The position numbers and the translations under genes are program-made. Source: Botryllus schlosseri (taxonomy: Eukaryota). Taken from it: DNA of 64,000 nucleotides. Below are positions 10,228 to 23,050 of this stretch, one piece after another. The stretch covers positions 2,358,001 to 2,422,000 of the forward strand of contig CM119371.1 in NCBI GenBank assembly GCA_051294905.1, in the 5' to 3' direction. Position 1 is the stretch's first letter. Each line of letters begins with the position of its first letter. The notes beneath the pieces were generated by a model. That model made no database searches and was not told the origin of the DNA. It worked only from the letters and a program-made list of their open reading frames with translations.

Positions 10228-12137
10228 CTACACAGAAGAATCACAGGTGGTCATGTAGTCTGCACCCCACTTTTCTACAAGTGTTAATCGGAGGTGGCTA
10301 CCTAGCTTCACGCTGGGTTGCTATGACTCGATTTACCGGTGACTCAACTTGACTCGAGTAATTTTTTCAAATAACTCTACTCGAATAAATTGATGTGTTT
10401 AATCAACTTGCCTCGAGCAATTTCTTCAATAGACTTGACTTTAGGATTACCATATTCTGGAATCGGGAAAGGGGGACACTTTTTCAAAATATTCAAACTT
10501 ATGTCAAAGTCAAAATTATGTCAAAATTGTAGCGTTAGGCCAAAAATTGTCTAAATTGTTTACAAAGTAATAACTTTTTTGCAATCTGCGTTTCGTTCAT
10601 TTTGTATATTTTGCAGTGTCAGTGAACTTGTCATTTGACATTTCACCGCTTGTAGCCGACTTTATAGGTCTGCAGTTGTAGACGGCCCATGGTCTGCTTA
10701 TTGTGAATCGTAAACATTCAAATGAAACAAATAGGTCAACATGGTGCTCAACGTACCGCAATATCCCAACTGAAGCTACACTGCGTGGACATTGCAAGGT
10801 TCTTATATCAAGAAGTGTTGTGCTACTAAACATTTTCATTATCTCTACCATAATCCGCGGTGTAACTTCTGCAATTCTTCATAGGGCCAGATTTTCTTCA
10901 AATAAAGTTAGAAAAATTTTCAGTTTAGACTTTATTTTGTAAATGAATTTTATTTTTATTTATTTTTGATCGCAGTTTTTGCGAGGGTAGTAGTCCCCAT
11001 ATTAAAGCCAATATAGATGATACTAAATTGTCAGGCGCGAAGAAAAAATTCATGTAGCATAACATTGTGCCCAAAAATAATATCGTTTATGTTGATTTAC
11101 GAAAATATTATGAGCTTACTTCAAGCCTTCAAAATTCCGGAAATCTAGGCATATTTTAGAAACTCCTCCCGGAAGCAGTTTAACAGTGAAATTCCGGACA
11201 TGTCCGGGAAATTCCGGACGTATGGCAACCCTAGTATATCTTCGTACACTACAATAAAGCAAAACGATTTGCAATAGATTTATCAAAAGTAAAAATTTTC
11301 TGCAAGCTTGTAGTAGCGCAAAATGTTGTCACTCGATTTCTTGTTTTAAATATTGTTGCCCCTTTGTGAAATGAAAGAACGCCTAATGCAGTGGTTCTCA
11401 ACCTTTTTGACCTCACGGCACCCTTTGGAAATGAAAAATAGTTCGCGGCACACCATCACAGTGGTTCTGAACTTTTTTTGGCTTACGGCGCCTGCAAACT
11501 ACCAGAATACGCCTACTTATCACCACCCAGTAGTAACGCCGACTAATGTGACTAATTCTGCAGTAAATCCAAAATGTTTCTGTGCTCCCTTTTTTTAAAA
11601 TAAACTAAAAGTAAACTTTTGTACGAAAAGCGTCCATCATATAGCTTACTAAACCGTGATAGAAAGTCGTCGTTTTCCTCGGGTCAGAATATCGTTCCTT
11701 CGTGAATACAATAAACAAGAGATAGTTTTGATATAGGCCTACGACCTCACAGAAACTTGGGGCTGCTTTAGACACGATTTCATAAGATTTGTTTGACAAT
11801 AAATCTGCCCACTGCCGGATTGGGTCAAAGAGGTAAAGCACGACCGCCGCTAACGAATACTGAGGCGTTAAGGTGCAGGCTATGCCAGGCTACGCAATGC
11901 ATTTTCACGCCGATCGTGTAGCACGCTTGAGGATAGCCATTCCTCAATAGTTCTACTGGCATATACCCGCAGTTCAATTATACTACCAACAAACCAAGAT
12001 TATAGCCTCAGCGGCTAAGCGAAGAGGTTTGTTACCTGATATAATGTGGTCATTGGTCAACCCAACTTCTCAATACTCATATTCGTCGACAGTAACAGAA
12101 CGTTGTGCTATACAAGCCTACGCCCTACATTTTAAGG

Positions 12138-13511
12138 CAGGGGTTCTCAACCTGGGGGGCGCGCCCCCCTTGGGGGGCGCGGAAGGCTCTCAGGGGGGGC
12201 GCGAAAAATTGACGAAGTCACTATAGGGGGGGCGCGAGAAATTGACAAAGTCAGTATAAATTGTACGTGTCCGAACATGTGTTTCACATCCATTATGAGA
12301 AGACGATTAATGAAGATGAAATTTATTACATATTCAAGAAAGCTTGCAAAATACAAACTCTAGTAACCGCGCTCAACGGAGTATAGTCTGATTTCAACTT
12401 TATTTGAGCAAATTTTTGAAATTCTTTGGAGATATAGAGAGCAATTCCCACGTGTAAGTCATTCATTGCTTGATAGCTTTGACAGTAGCCCAAAGCTTGG
12501 CGCGCTGGGCAGCTCTTGTTAGTAGCTTGCGAACTGCACTGCCTAAGACAGAATTAGATGCAACATAGGTTGCCCGGTTTCGCCCTCAATTAGGCTATAA
12601 ATCAACACAATTTAATTAATTTCCAAAACTGATCAAATTTAGCCTGGCAGGACAGAACGACGCCTTGCGCTCTGTACTCACGACCAGCATCAGGATTAGT
12701 CTCAGGGTGACCTACCTTGAAATTAATTAATGGATGTATTGTTCAATGTTTTTTGTTATTTTCAAACAAGTTTGGAGAAATTTGTCATGTAAAAGACTCA
12801 ACAACTGGAATGCCGATTCACAATTGGCGTAAGATATACCTTATGTATACTATTAGATCAGGGGTGGGCAGCCTGCGGCCGTAGAAGGGAATTTGAGCGG
12901 CGTTCGACGCCTAATTCAATTAGTAGGCTATATGTTGGCGGCCGTAGACATGCAAATTGCAATTACGAATTCACTCCCGCATTTTCGAGAGATTTTAATT
13001 AATCTTGAAATTTTCTCCGCCCTCCGCGCAAGTCAACAAGACTTCATTTTTTGATTTTAATGCAGTAGCGCCCGTCTTAATCTGAGCCGGAATGAGAATT
13101 GGCAAGAAATAACAATTCGTTCGCAGCCCTGAAAAATTTTCGCGCTCCGCGCGACAATATGCACCTCCCGGCAACTATTCATAACATTGCCACTCGCGAT
13201 TTCGTTGCGTGCAATAGGCCATTGTGAAAAGTAGAATAGTCCGGAGTTCACCGGGAATGGATATGGACAGTTTACCATAGGAATTTTGTGTCCAGATCGT
13301 TCATTGCGGCTATGCCCTGGAATGCGGCCTTACGCCACCCCGTACATAAGTAATCGAAATGCGGCCATGATTATCAAAAACGTTGCCCACCTCTGTATTA
13401 GATGATGTGCTCTTTTTGACATGACGATAAATGCAAGGGGGGTCAGGGGGGGCGCGATTTTTTTGACCATCTCTAAGGGGGGCGCGAGTCAAAAAAGGTT
13501 GAGAACCACTG
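12138..13511. mobile_element. hAT MITE nested in 11389-13986
   Basis: TIR CAG(G/T)GGTTCTCAACC with GGGGGCGCG subterminal repeats; perfect TSD TTTTAAGG. Confidence 0.93.
12859..13395. mobile_element. hAT MITE nested in 12138-13511
   Basis: TIR CAG(G/A)GGTGGGCA; perfect TSD TATTAGAT. Related partial copies at ~32686-33144 and ~46945-47115. Confidence 0.93.
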
Positions 13512-16500
13512 TTTTAAGGGAAGTGCCGGCCCGATACCTAACAATCACAATGTGGATTGCCATGTTCGAAATTCGAATTTATAAACGCGAACGTCAATTC
13601 CAAATGAGTTCATTTCTCACTGGTGATTGGGAAGACAATGAGGATTAGCAAACAGCATTGTCGTACAGGCGCCGCTATGTCTGCTCTTCTCTTCTCTGCG
13701 TGTGATCAATCAATGAATTGTGCAAAACTGAATTCAGCCTTCAAGGCAAAGCGATCTGCGGGGTAAAGCGATTTCGAGGAGGATATTGATTGCGGGAATA
13801 ATATCAATTTTGATTTGTCAAATGTACAAACTTCACATCAAGCTCAATTTTGATTATTGATCATTTGCTATATGACTAGAATTATTTTGCGCATAATTTC
13901 AAAATTCCGAAGAAATCGCTCGCGGCACACCTGCGAGACGTAAATGGCACACTAGTGTACCGCGGCACACCGGTTGAGAACCACTGGCCTAATGTATCAG
14001 ATTGAGTCTAACTATCTTCGCGATTACGAGACAATGTGTCGTTCAACATATGCGGCCTTGCGTTTGCGCTCGCAGTAAGACCGTCGACTATGAAACCTAG
14101 GCCCAAAATGATTGACGCATTTCCTAAACCAAAGTGTTGGAGGTTTATCTATAGGCTCCTCCTCGCCATCTCATCCGCGTAAGCGGTGTCTTACAAAAAG
14201 CCTAGAAGTGGGCCGTGCTATAAGTCGGCAGTTAAAGAATTTAAATTAGGAATATCGACCTGGTGTAGATGACCATAGTAGTCGACAAACACCATGAATA
14301 CCTCAAAACCAACCAACCAATTGACGCATTTTGGTCGCAGCTTTCGATATCGATATGTCCAGGCGTCAAATAGCCCAGTCCTCGCAAATTTAGCCCAGCG
14401 AAATACAGCAGGCCCGCAATATAGTCAAGTGACAATATTATTGACCTATGAACTTCAAAACATGTTCTTGCTATTCCACTTTGCGCTCAGAGAATATGTA
14501 TCACAAAAATGGTTCACAAAATATTTTAAACGCGGCTTGCGGCCCTCATCGATGCAAATATTGCACTTTAATTTGTAGAAGGTGAACGTATATTTGGTCG
14601 TCAAATCACGATAGGAGATGGTGTTTCTCAGAGCACGCGATGAAATCTAAGTTTCTAGCGATAAAGTCGAAATTTTACATCTCATAACGATCGTTAGTTT
14701 GCTGAAATCAGCATCAGTACGCTGTACGAAATACATAGTAGTGATCAATTTTATCGGACTGTACAATCGGCCGGCAAGGTTATGCTGATACCGAAATTGC
14801 AGACATGCCACAAACCCGCAATAATTAGAATAACAGGGTGCGCTAGTCAAGTCATACCTAAAACCCAGATTCGGCAATGGCAATGAGCACAATTTGTTTA
14901 GACGCGGGCATAAGTTTTAATCAAAAAGATACATAAACACAAACAATATCACACTCAGAGATTGTTATTGTTTGGCGAAAGTGTTTCTGTGGACGGTTGC
15001 AGGCCTGCATGCGGACGCGCTAAATCAAATTACCGACGATGGTGCGCATGAGATATCGAAGACCCATTTCACATACAGATGATTCTCGCCAATTTGCAGT
15101 ACGCAGCATCGATAATACGAATTAGTGAATTGGCATTTCAAAATGACGGGATTTCGAGTTTTAAATGAGAAAGTCACTGGCTACGCACGCAGTGTTTTAA
15201 TACCGACAACGCGCTGGTTAATATCAGTCCGGAGCCAACGGCCTGCGTAGGTCCCGATCAGCCAGTCGAATGCGATCGCGAAATGGCGCGATTTTAATTA
15301 TCAAAGGCGTTATTGCAGCAAGACCAATATGGGCGCATGCCGCATCCTTATTAATGCGAATACAAATCCTGATGGTTTGAAATTCGTTCCGTGATATGGT
15401 TGCGACCGATAGAGTCCATCCAGCATTTAAGTTTATTGGAACATAAAAGGTTCCCGCTCAAACTAATCGATTGAATTCAGAATTTCCGCCACCCATAATA
15501 TCTTGTTGCATCAATATTTGACATCGTAATCAACGCAATGCACTGCACATTGTGCAGTATTAATAACAAATTAAACACTGACAAGTGACATCGACGGAAT
15601 ACGAATATATAAAGCAAACAAGAATGAGTAGCCTATAGATCAGGGGCGGGCAACTTCTCCAGTCGGTGGGCCGGATATAGGAACATTAGGAACTTGGCGG
15701 GCCGGATTGCTGAATCGATACATTATTCGCCCCTTAATCACATATACAAGGCCAGGAATAAATCGTATTTATTGAATGTATTTTAACGACAGCAATGTAT
15801 CTTCAAAGTCATTCCTCGCCAATAATGACGAATGTGGATTTGTGGACAATGTGGATTTGAGAACAGCATTGTCATACAGGCACCACCATGTCTGCATCTC
15901 TCTGATCCATGAACGCCCGGTGCAAATTCTAAATTAAGATTTCGAGGCCTTCGATAAGCCCGGTACCCAAAATTTACCAAGATATCAATTCATTAGGGTT
16001 TAGTGGGTGACGAGATAGCGTGGTTGTTCAAATATGCGACCTATTTTATCTCGATATTGATATCATGCGGCCCGCGGCCTCTACGAAATTTGAAAGTGGC
16101 CCGCGACCCGTTTTGAGTTGGCGACCCCTGGCATAAGCGGTGTCTGACAGAAGCCTAGAAGTGTGTCGTGCTGCAAGCAGGGCTGTGGAGTCGGTAAATT
16201 TTACCACCGACTCCGGCTCCGACTCCGACTCCACACATTTTCAATATACCGACTCCGGCTCCGACTCCGACTCCTGAGTCTTTAAACGTACCGACTCCGA
16301 CTCCGACTCCGACTCCTGGGTCTTTAAACGTACCGACTCCGACTCCCGACTCCGACTCCGACTCCAGCATTATTACCAATTTACCTCGAAAATTATATGC
16401 CACATTCTCTGTTGAATGACGATCATACAACCATTAAACATATGCAAACATATGATTAACTGTGGCATGCTGAATTGTTTCATTGTGGCACAGCTCGAAT

Positions 16501-16826
16501 TATCCACTATGCAATTAACATGACATAAAGATTTGCTAAATATCCTTCCTTATTCAAGTTTTTATAACATGGACTCTCTAATATCCTGAAATGTATGAAT
16601 CATTCAAATATGGCAGATATCCAATCCTGTATAATAAAAATGTAGATAAAAAATCCAAGTGTAGCTCTTGTGTATGATTCAGCAACTAATAAAGAAATTG
16701 AACTTTCTAATTTTGTCATTAAACACTATCCTGATTACAAGCACAAACACTCTTACTACTAGTAATAGACATTGGTCATAAATGGAATTTAGTTAAGTAG
16801 TCAAAGACCATAGCCTATGTCTAGTC

Positions 16827-17803
16827 CAGTGTTGGGATCAAGTCACTACCTTCGAGTCACGAGTCATTTCGAGTCATCGCACATTTTGACTCGAGTCAAG
16901 TCAAGTCAATCGATTTTCGAAGGTGACTCGAGTCAAGTCAAGTCAGTCGATTTTTGGAGGTGACTCGAGTCAAGTCGAGTCAAGTCAAGTCAAGTCACGA
17001 GTCAAGTCACAATTCAAGTCAAATCGCCTTTTCGAGGTATGAGGCGTGATTACGTCATTGTATTTTGTTCGCTGTCTGCAATACAGATTGAGTGGTCATT
17101 GATTTTGAACTGATGAACGAATATAGAGTTCAATATACACGCAAGTAAGGCGCTGTATCGCTCACAATTAAGTAGAACTAATAAACTCAGTAAGTAATTG
17201 CACAGCCTCAGTTTATGGTTACCAGCCTAAATAGAGAATAGAGAAACGAATTGATAAGATGCAATACATTACCCTTTTGCAAATTTATATGATACAATTC
17301 GAGTCATCGCCAATGGTTGAGGACTATATAAACTATTTCCGAATTCAATTTCAATAAAACAAGAGGTTTGGTTAAGTTAAGAACACAGAACAGAAATAGA
17401 CATTTCGCTGTTAAATTACTTTACTATACTATAGTTTACGACAAAGTAGGCTGTAAGCTTCGATCACTTCGTTTGCGATCAATATATTTGTGAGAGAACA
17501 ATGGAGGCTCATTAAAACGCACGATCATTGAATGATTGGTCGCTCTCACGGGTTACACAAGCGTTGCGCGAACAATCCGAACATATGCAAGATACAGTGA
17601 CTTTTATCGACACTGATTACTTAATGACTTGAAATTGACTCGTGAATTTTGCTCCGAGTCACGAGTCAATCCACATTTCTGATACGCCGAGTCAAGTCAA
17701 GTCAAGTCATTTTAGCAAAGTGACTCGAGTCAAGTCAAGTCATACGAAAAAGTGACTCGAGTCTGACTCGAGTCAAGTCATGACTCGAGTCATCCCAACA
17801 CTG
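16827..17803. mobile_element. hAT-type MITE with GACTCGAGTC/CAAGT repeats, nested in 16178-19259
   Basis: TIR CAGTGTTGGGAT; perfect TSD GTCTAGTC. A second, partial copy lies at ~20660-21026. Confidence 0.95.
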
Positions 17804-18114
17804 GTCTAGTCTACATGTACTTAATCAAGTATTCAAGGATTGGGACTTGCAGTCTTTCTTAATCATTTGTTCGACCCAAACAGCTAAGCTACACTACAAA
17901 TATTTTTAATTTTGTCAAATGGGAAGCATCGTTTGGTCATATTTACATATTTTTACAATTTTACAAAACCAGCCGATGCATTTTCTCGGTCACAGTATCA
18001 TGGTATAATTCCCAAAATTGCATCAATTTTGACTGCATCGCGAAAACGCATCTTGCGATTTTCCTCCCCTCTGCAACTGAGCTGTAATTTGCAAGTAATG
18101 TCTTTTATCTATAT

Positions 18115-18954
18115 CAGGGGTGGGCAACTTTTTCGGCGAAAGGGACACCTGAGATTTACGAACCATTGCGCGGGCAACGGGAATGTTGATAACCTTTTTT
18201 TAGTCGTCGATAGGAGCGAACCGAATTATGAAACATTGCAAACAAGACTTATATTACTACGCTCTAAAATTGATAACATTATGTCATCCAACTGTGCAGT
18301 GCGCAATCAGGCCCTGGTCGCGCGAAGCGCGAAATTTTCTTGCAAGATAACGACTGAATTAGGCTATAGCTATATCAATAAATATCTCGCTAACATACAT
18401 TGGGGGTCGCATCTGTATACCACTGGGCTCATTTGACAAGGACAGGATTATTCGACGTTTAGACATAGCAAAATCGACGGTATCAGTGAACATGCCTCTA
18501 TCATTTTGTGCAAATGTTTTGTCGACGATCTCGCTGCGAGTGCACAAGCGAAGCCGTATCTCCTAATCGCGAATATAGTTAGACTCAATTCTGTGAAGAA
18601 TATGTATTTATAATTTTCAAAAGGGGGCCCAAATACTGAATGCAAGAAATCTAGTGACAATGAATCATGCGAAGTACCGAGAAAAATTTCAAGTCAAATA
18701 AATCTGCTATGAAATATTCTACTTCATGGTCATATACGAAGATCTGGGATAAATGTGGCTGACCCCTGGATACATCAATGCCTCAGAACTGTTGTTTTAG
18801 TCATCATCAAATTTCTGGGCCATGCTAACCAAATTTTGGTTGGCCTTGCAATTGTACCTGATGTCATAAATAATTTCGAGAATTACCTCGCAGGCCACAC
18901 CTAACCTTCTCGTGTGCCAAATTTGGCCTGCGTGCCACGGGCTGGCCGCACCTG
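18115..18954. mobile_element. hAT MITE nested in 16178-19259
   Basis: Degenerate CAGG..G.GGC TIR; TSD ATCTATAT / ATCTGTAT (7/8). Confidence 0.8.
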
Positions 18955-21099
18955 ATCTGTATGGTTAATAATAACAGTGATTGCTGGTACATAAAAATTA
19001 TATTGAAAATTCTTTGAAAGCAAATGTTTTCATGATAGAGAAGTTGGAGTCGGAGTCGGAGTCGAAATCATAGTCATTCTCACAAACTCCGACTCCGACT
19101 CCGACTCCAGTCAGTATTTTCCCACCGACTCCGACTCCGACTCCGACTCCAGCTATTACAGTTTTCACGACTCCGACTCCGACTCCGACTCCATCAAGCG
19201 AAAATTACCCCGACTCCGACTCCGACTCCACCGACTCCGACTCCGACTCCACAGCCCTGGCTGCAAGTCAACGGTTACGGAATAAAAAATAAAAAATATC
19301 GGCCTGGTGTAAATGACCATTGTAGTCGACAAACACCATGATTACCACAAATGACATTAGCGTTGAGTACATCGTCAATATACCGATTACGCAAATAGTC
19401 TTCTCGCTTCGTCAAACTTACGCGTAAGCTCCACCCACGCTCGCTGCGCATACATGGGTATAATGAAATAGTCACTAAAATTTGACGTATGTAAGCAAGT
19501 AGTAGGGAATCTCAGAAGACTGGGGCCGTTGGCCACGCTATCATGTAAGACGGAAAACTGTCCGCGGGCCGGATCCGGCCCGCGGGCCGTATGTTGCCCA
19601 CCCCTGCTATAGATGATAGCAAACGAAAAAGTAAATCCTCAACCTGCGTACAGCACATTGAGGTTCCGAGTCTGACATCGCGACAATTGTTTGCTCATTA
19701 TAACGACGTTTGAGATGCATTGCTGCATATCCCGATAAAAGTTAGTAAAGCCTTGTTAGATTAATGAGTATGCACACTTTGCGCAATAATTTATTTCTAT
19801 TCGCAGGCATACACAAACACACTTTCCTATTTCGTGCTCCAATTAAAAAGACTATCACAAAGCTAACTCAAGAATTATTTTGCAAACGAATATGCGCGCA
19901 AATACAATTCAATTGAGAAAAGTAGAACGTGAATTCGTTCGTCTGGTGAAAAGAGGAGATGGTGTTTCTCAGCGCAAGCGTGTTGAAATCGACGCCGTCA
20001 ACGAGGTCGCTTCAATTGTATGATTAGTGATTACTGATTAGTAATCACTGATTACTAATCACGGATTACATTTTTTATGGGCGTTTAAGGCGATAGTTGG
20101 CATTTACGCGATATAACGGACTCGCTAACTGACAGCGCAGACGGTGGGCGTTTAAGCATTTTGCATGGAGTGGCCGCCACCCCATAATTGTGTCATGGGG
20201 TGGCTGCGCCACCCCGCCACCCCGTAACTCGGCGTCTATACAGAAACGCCCAAGTACACTCTGCTCAATATCAACGTAGTAATAATCACACGCCGAAAGA
20301 CAGATTAATTGGCCATTTGTCTTGATTTAAATAACGAATATAAAGTTAAATATACATGCAAAATTGCATTTTATCGCACACGTAGAACTACTAATAAAAT
20401 ACGTGAGTAACTGTATAGTTACATGCTACAGTCTGTTATTAATGTTAGTATCAGCCAAATTAGAAATTCGAATACGAAGCCTCGAGAAGTTCAAACAAAT
20501 TTATATGGTACAATACACTACCCAGCTATACATCCATGAAAATATAAATACATGAACTATATTCATTTTATTTAAATCATAAAAGATGGTTGGTAAAGGT
20601 GAGCACTGCGCAATGTAAGCACTACGCAATGTAAGCACTGAGCCGTCTAAGAAACAGCGATACGTTGCTATTAAATTAATCTACTTATTACTAAGGCAAC
20701 GTAAGCTGTGATCATTTCGTTTGCGGCCAATATATTTGTGATGTAACAATGGAGGACCAGTGAAACGTACAATATGTGAATGACTGGTTGCTCTCACAAG
20801 TGTCACCGGCGTATCGCTAATAATCCGAATATACACATGATACAGGGATTTGGTCGACACCGTTTACTTATTGATTACTTGAAATTGACTCAAAAATTTT
20901 GCTCCGAGTCACGATTCAATCTGCAATTCTGAAGCGCCGAGTCAAGTCAAGTCAAGTCATTTTTGCAAAGTGACTCGAGTCAAGTCACGTCATACGAAAA
21001 AGTTGACTCGAGTCATCCCAACACTGTGATTCGAATATTCAAGTCTGACTGAAGCAAGAACAATATTAGCGTATCAACTTATCGACTGAAGCTTACCGT

Positions 21100-21640
21100 T
21101 CAAACTAATCGAATAAAATCAAATTTTGTGCTGCTGAGAAGCTGATGTAATTCAACGCCCTACAGTGTGCAGTAGAAGCATTTCCCGATCAACGTTTGCA
21201 AGGGGATGGATTTTTTCAACAATATTGGTGCTTCTACTTGCATATTCTGCATATTATCCTTTGTCACCATGCGTGATCAGATTTGCCATATGTAAGTGAT
21301 GACTTAGAAAATTCACGGCATGAAATTGTGCAGCAAATCTTGTGCAATGTTTATGCCACGCGGAGAATACTATTCGCTAGTTTCTCGATGATTAACTTCG
21401 AACTAGCCCATTGTTATTTATACCTTTGTTAAACCATGTTATTTCGCCATTCCCAGAAAAGATTGCGCTATTGAAATAATATCAGTATCGCTCACGCGTA
21501 CGAGACCATATACTAAAAGAAAAATTTCTTTCGTGAGGGGCACGTAATTGTAAATTATCATTTCTTCACAGAGCGCAATATTTACCTTTACGAGCCACAC
21601 TTGTACCTCGGTTTCAGATTTCAGCGATAACACTATTTAT
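21100..21640. repeat. Interspersed repeat; uninterrupted inverted paralog of 39245-39381 plus 41443-41850
   Basis: Reverse-complement similarity over ~500 bp, also visible in the ORF track (SETEVQVWLVKVNIALCEEMII vs SETEGQVRSVKLNIALCEEMII). Confidence 0.85.
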
Positions 21641-22629
21641 ATATAGTTATATTTACCTATTAGGCTACTTTGGGAGACAATCGTACTTATTTTTGTGGCA
21701 GTTGGGGGACGAAAAAAATTGGGAGACAATTTTGTGTCCCCCTAATTCTTGGCGACATTTTTCCCTCAGTTGTTATCGTCTGTCAAGCAAATCCGTTTGG
21801 GACCACGGTTATTGGTCCCTCATTTGTCCCTTACAAAAGAAATCAAGCCAGGAAGTAGCAGGAATTTCGAGTTACAATGGCGACATTTTGACCCCTCTAT
21901 AAACCCCGTATTTTGAAAAGTGGCATTAAGTCGACAACCAATAGGGGGGATTTTCTTTCACTTTTCGCGTGTATAAAATGACACCGCTTTGCATACATGA
22001 TAGTTTTTCTTTTGGAATTACTCAGTTAAGAGCATCCCCGCATATATAGGGATTTTAAGCCTTTATACACTGTGTTAAAAAATGGCGACATAAAAAATGC
22101 TGACTACCATTGAGATGACTCGACATAAAGTCTAGTTGCGATCTTGGTAGACGCCGCGGGTCGTACGATTTTAATGTCGACTCCTAATATTGGGCCCTGG
22201 TTAGCTCTTAGCAAAGGCGAAAAGGCATTATATCATTGTTACATGTTGTTGTTTAACACGCGTGATACATATTGTTAATAAGAATCACTGCTCTACCTTA
22301 ATATAACTCCATCAAATATATGTATTGGTTATAGCATTATAAATATTCTGTAGTATGTCCCGCACCCGATATGTCGAGCTGATAGGTCGTTGATTTGCTT
22401 GTGTCAAGACCGCTTGAAGATGCTCTGTCAGTTGTGAGCAGAAGGCATATACTGTATGTCAGTGATTATCAACCCTTCTGTCTTCGCAGACCCCTTTTGG
22501 ACCGTCGCGAGCCTCCGCGGACCCCCTACTTTTATTTCTAATTTAGCTCAAATTATTGATTCCGCTCAAGCCAGACAATGTACAATGCGGTACAAAAGAT
22601 GCATTGCGACATATTGAACAGAGAGGATA

Positions 22630-22800
22630 ATGCTGAAACTACCAAGCACGCGCGGTCTTCAATCTAGCATCCATCTCGGCCTAATAATGGCCAAGGTGAT
22701 TGGCTTCTATTTTGATCTCTTCAGCTGTGTTTTAGTTGCCTATCCTTGCAATTCACTGTTCACTTTCCTGGCATTCGCAAAGCCATGTCTTCGTCAAAGA
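22630..22800 (-). mobile_element. Possible decayed RTE-type LINE 3' coding fragment
   Basis: Frameshifted translation resembles ...LGHIxRRDG..LKT..LG of RTE ORF C-termini; by-eye only. Confidence 0.3.
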
Positions 22801-22874
22801 ATTAGCCAAGATAAACCGAGGAGGGTTGTTGTTCTGATCGTACAAATAAGAAAGGATTCCCTTGCAAATGCTCA

Positions 22875-23050
22875 AGAGAGAGCGAGAGTGAAAGAGAGAG
22901 AGAGAGAGTGAGAGAGGAAGCGAACAAACTTATTTTTATCCTAACCAGCGGATACCGTGGATACCAGTTTTCGAATCTTAGGTCTGACCCGCCCGGAGAT
23001 TGAACCCATGATTTACAGATCAAACAGAGGCGCGCAGCACTGCTATGCTA
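22875..23050 (-). mobile_element. tRNA-derived SINE (short copy)
   Basis: A-box-like TAGCATAGCAGTG, B-box GGTTCAATCTCC, core GATTCGAAAACTGGTATCCACGG shared with 60290-60522, and a (CT)n tail. Confidence 0.75.

Larger units (their letters stand above)
11389..13986. mobile_element. Non-autonomous hAT element (outer shell of nest 1)
   Basis: TIR CAGTGGTTCTCAACC; perfect TSD GCCTAATG. Confidence 0.93.
16178..19259. mobile_element. hAT-type element with (CCGACT)n subterminal arrays, nested in 15641-19606
   Basis: TIR CAGGGCTGTGGAGTCGG; perfect TSD GCTGCAAG; hexamer arrays at 16207-16365 and 19045-19250. Confidence 0.95.
15641..19606. mobile_element. Non-autonomous hAT element (outer shell of nest 2)
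   Basis: TIR CAGGGG(C/T)GGGCAAC; perfect TSD CTATAGAT. Confidence 0.92.

Noticed and set aside
16155..16430. ORFs with GVGVGV / ESESES repeats
   Set aside because: These are translations of the (CCGACT)n subterminal array of a TIR/TSD-bounded transposon.
21130..21260. MULE transposase-like AFPDQRLQG..FFQQYW
   Set aside because: Not preserved in the paralogous copy at ~41690-41830, and the key C/H residues are absent.
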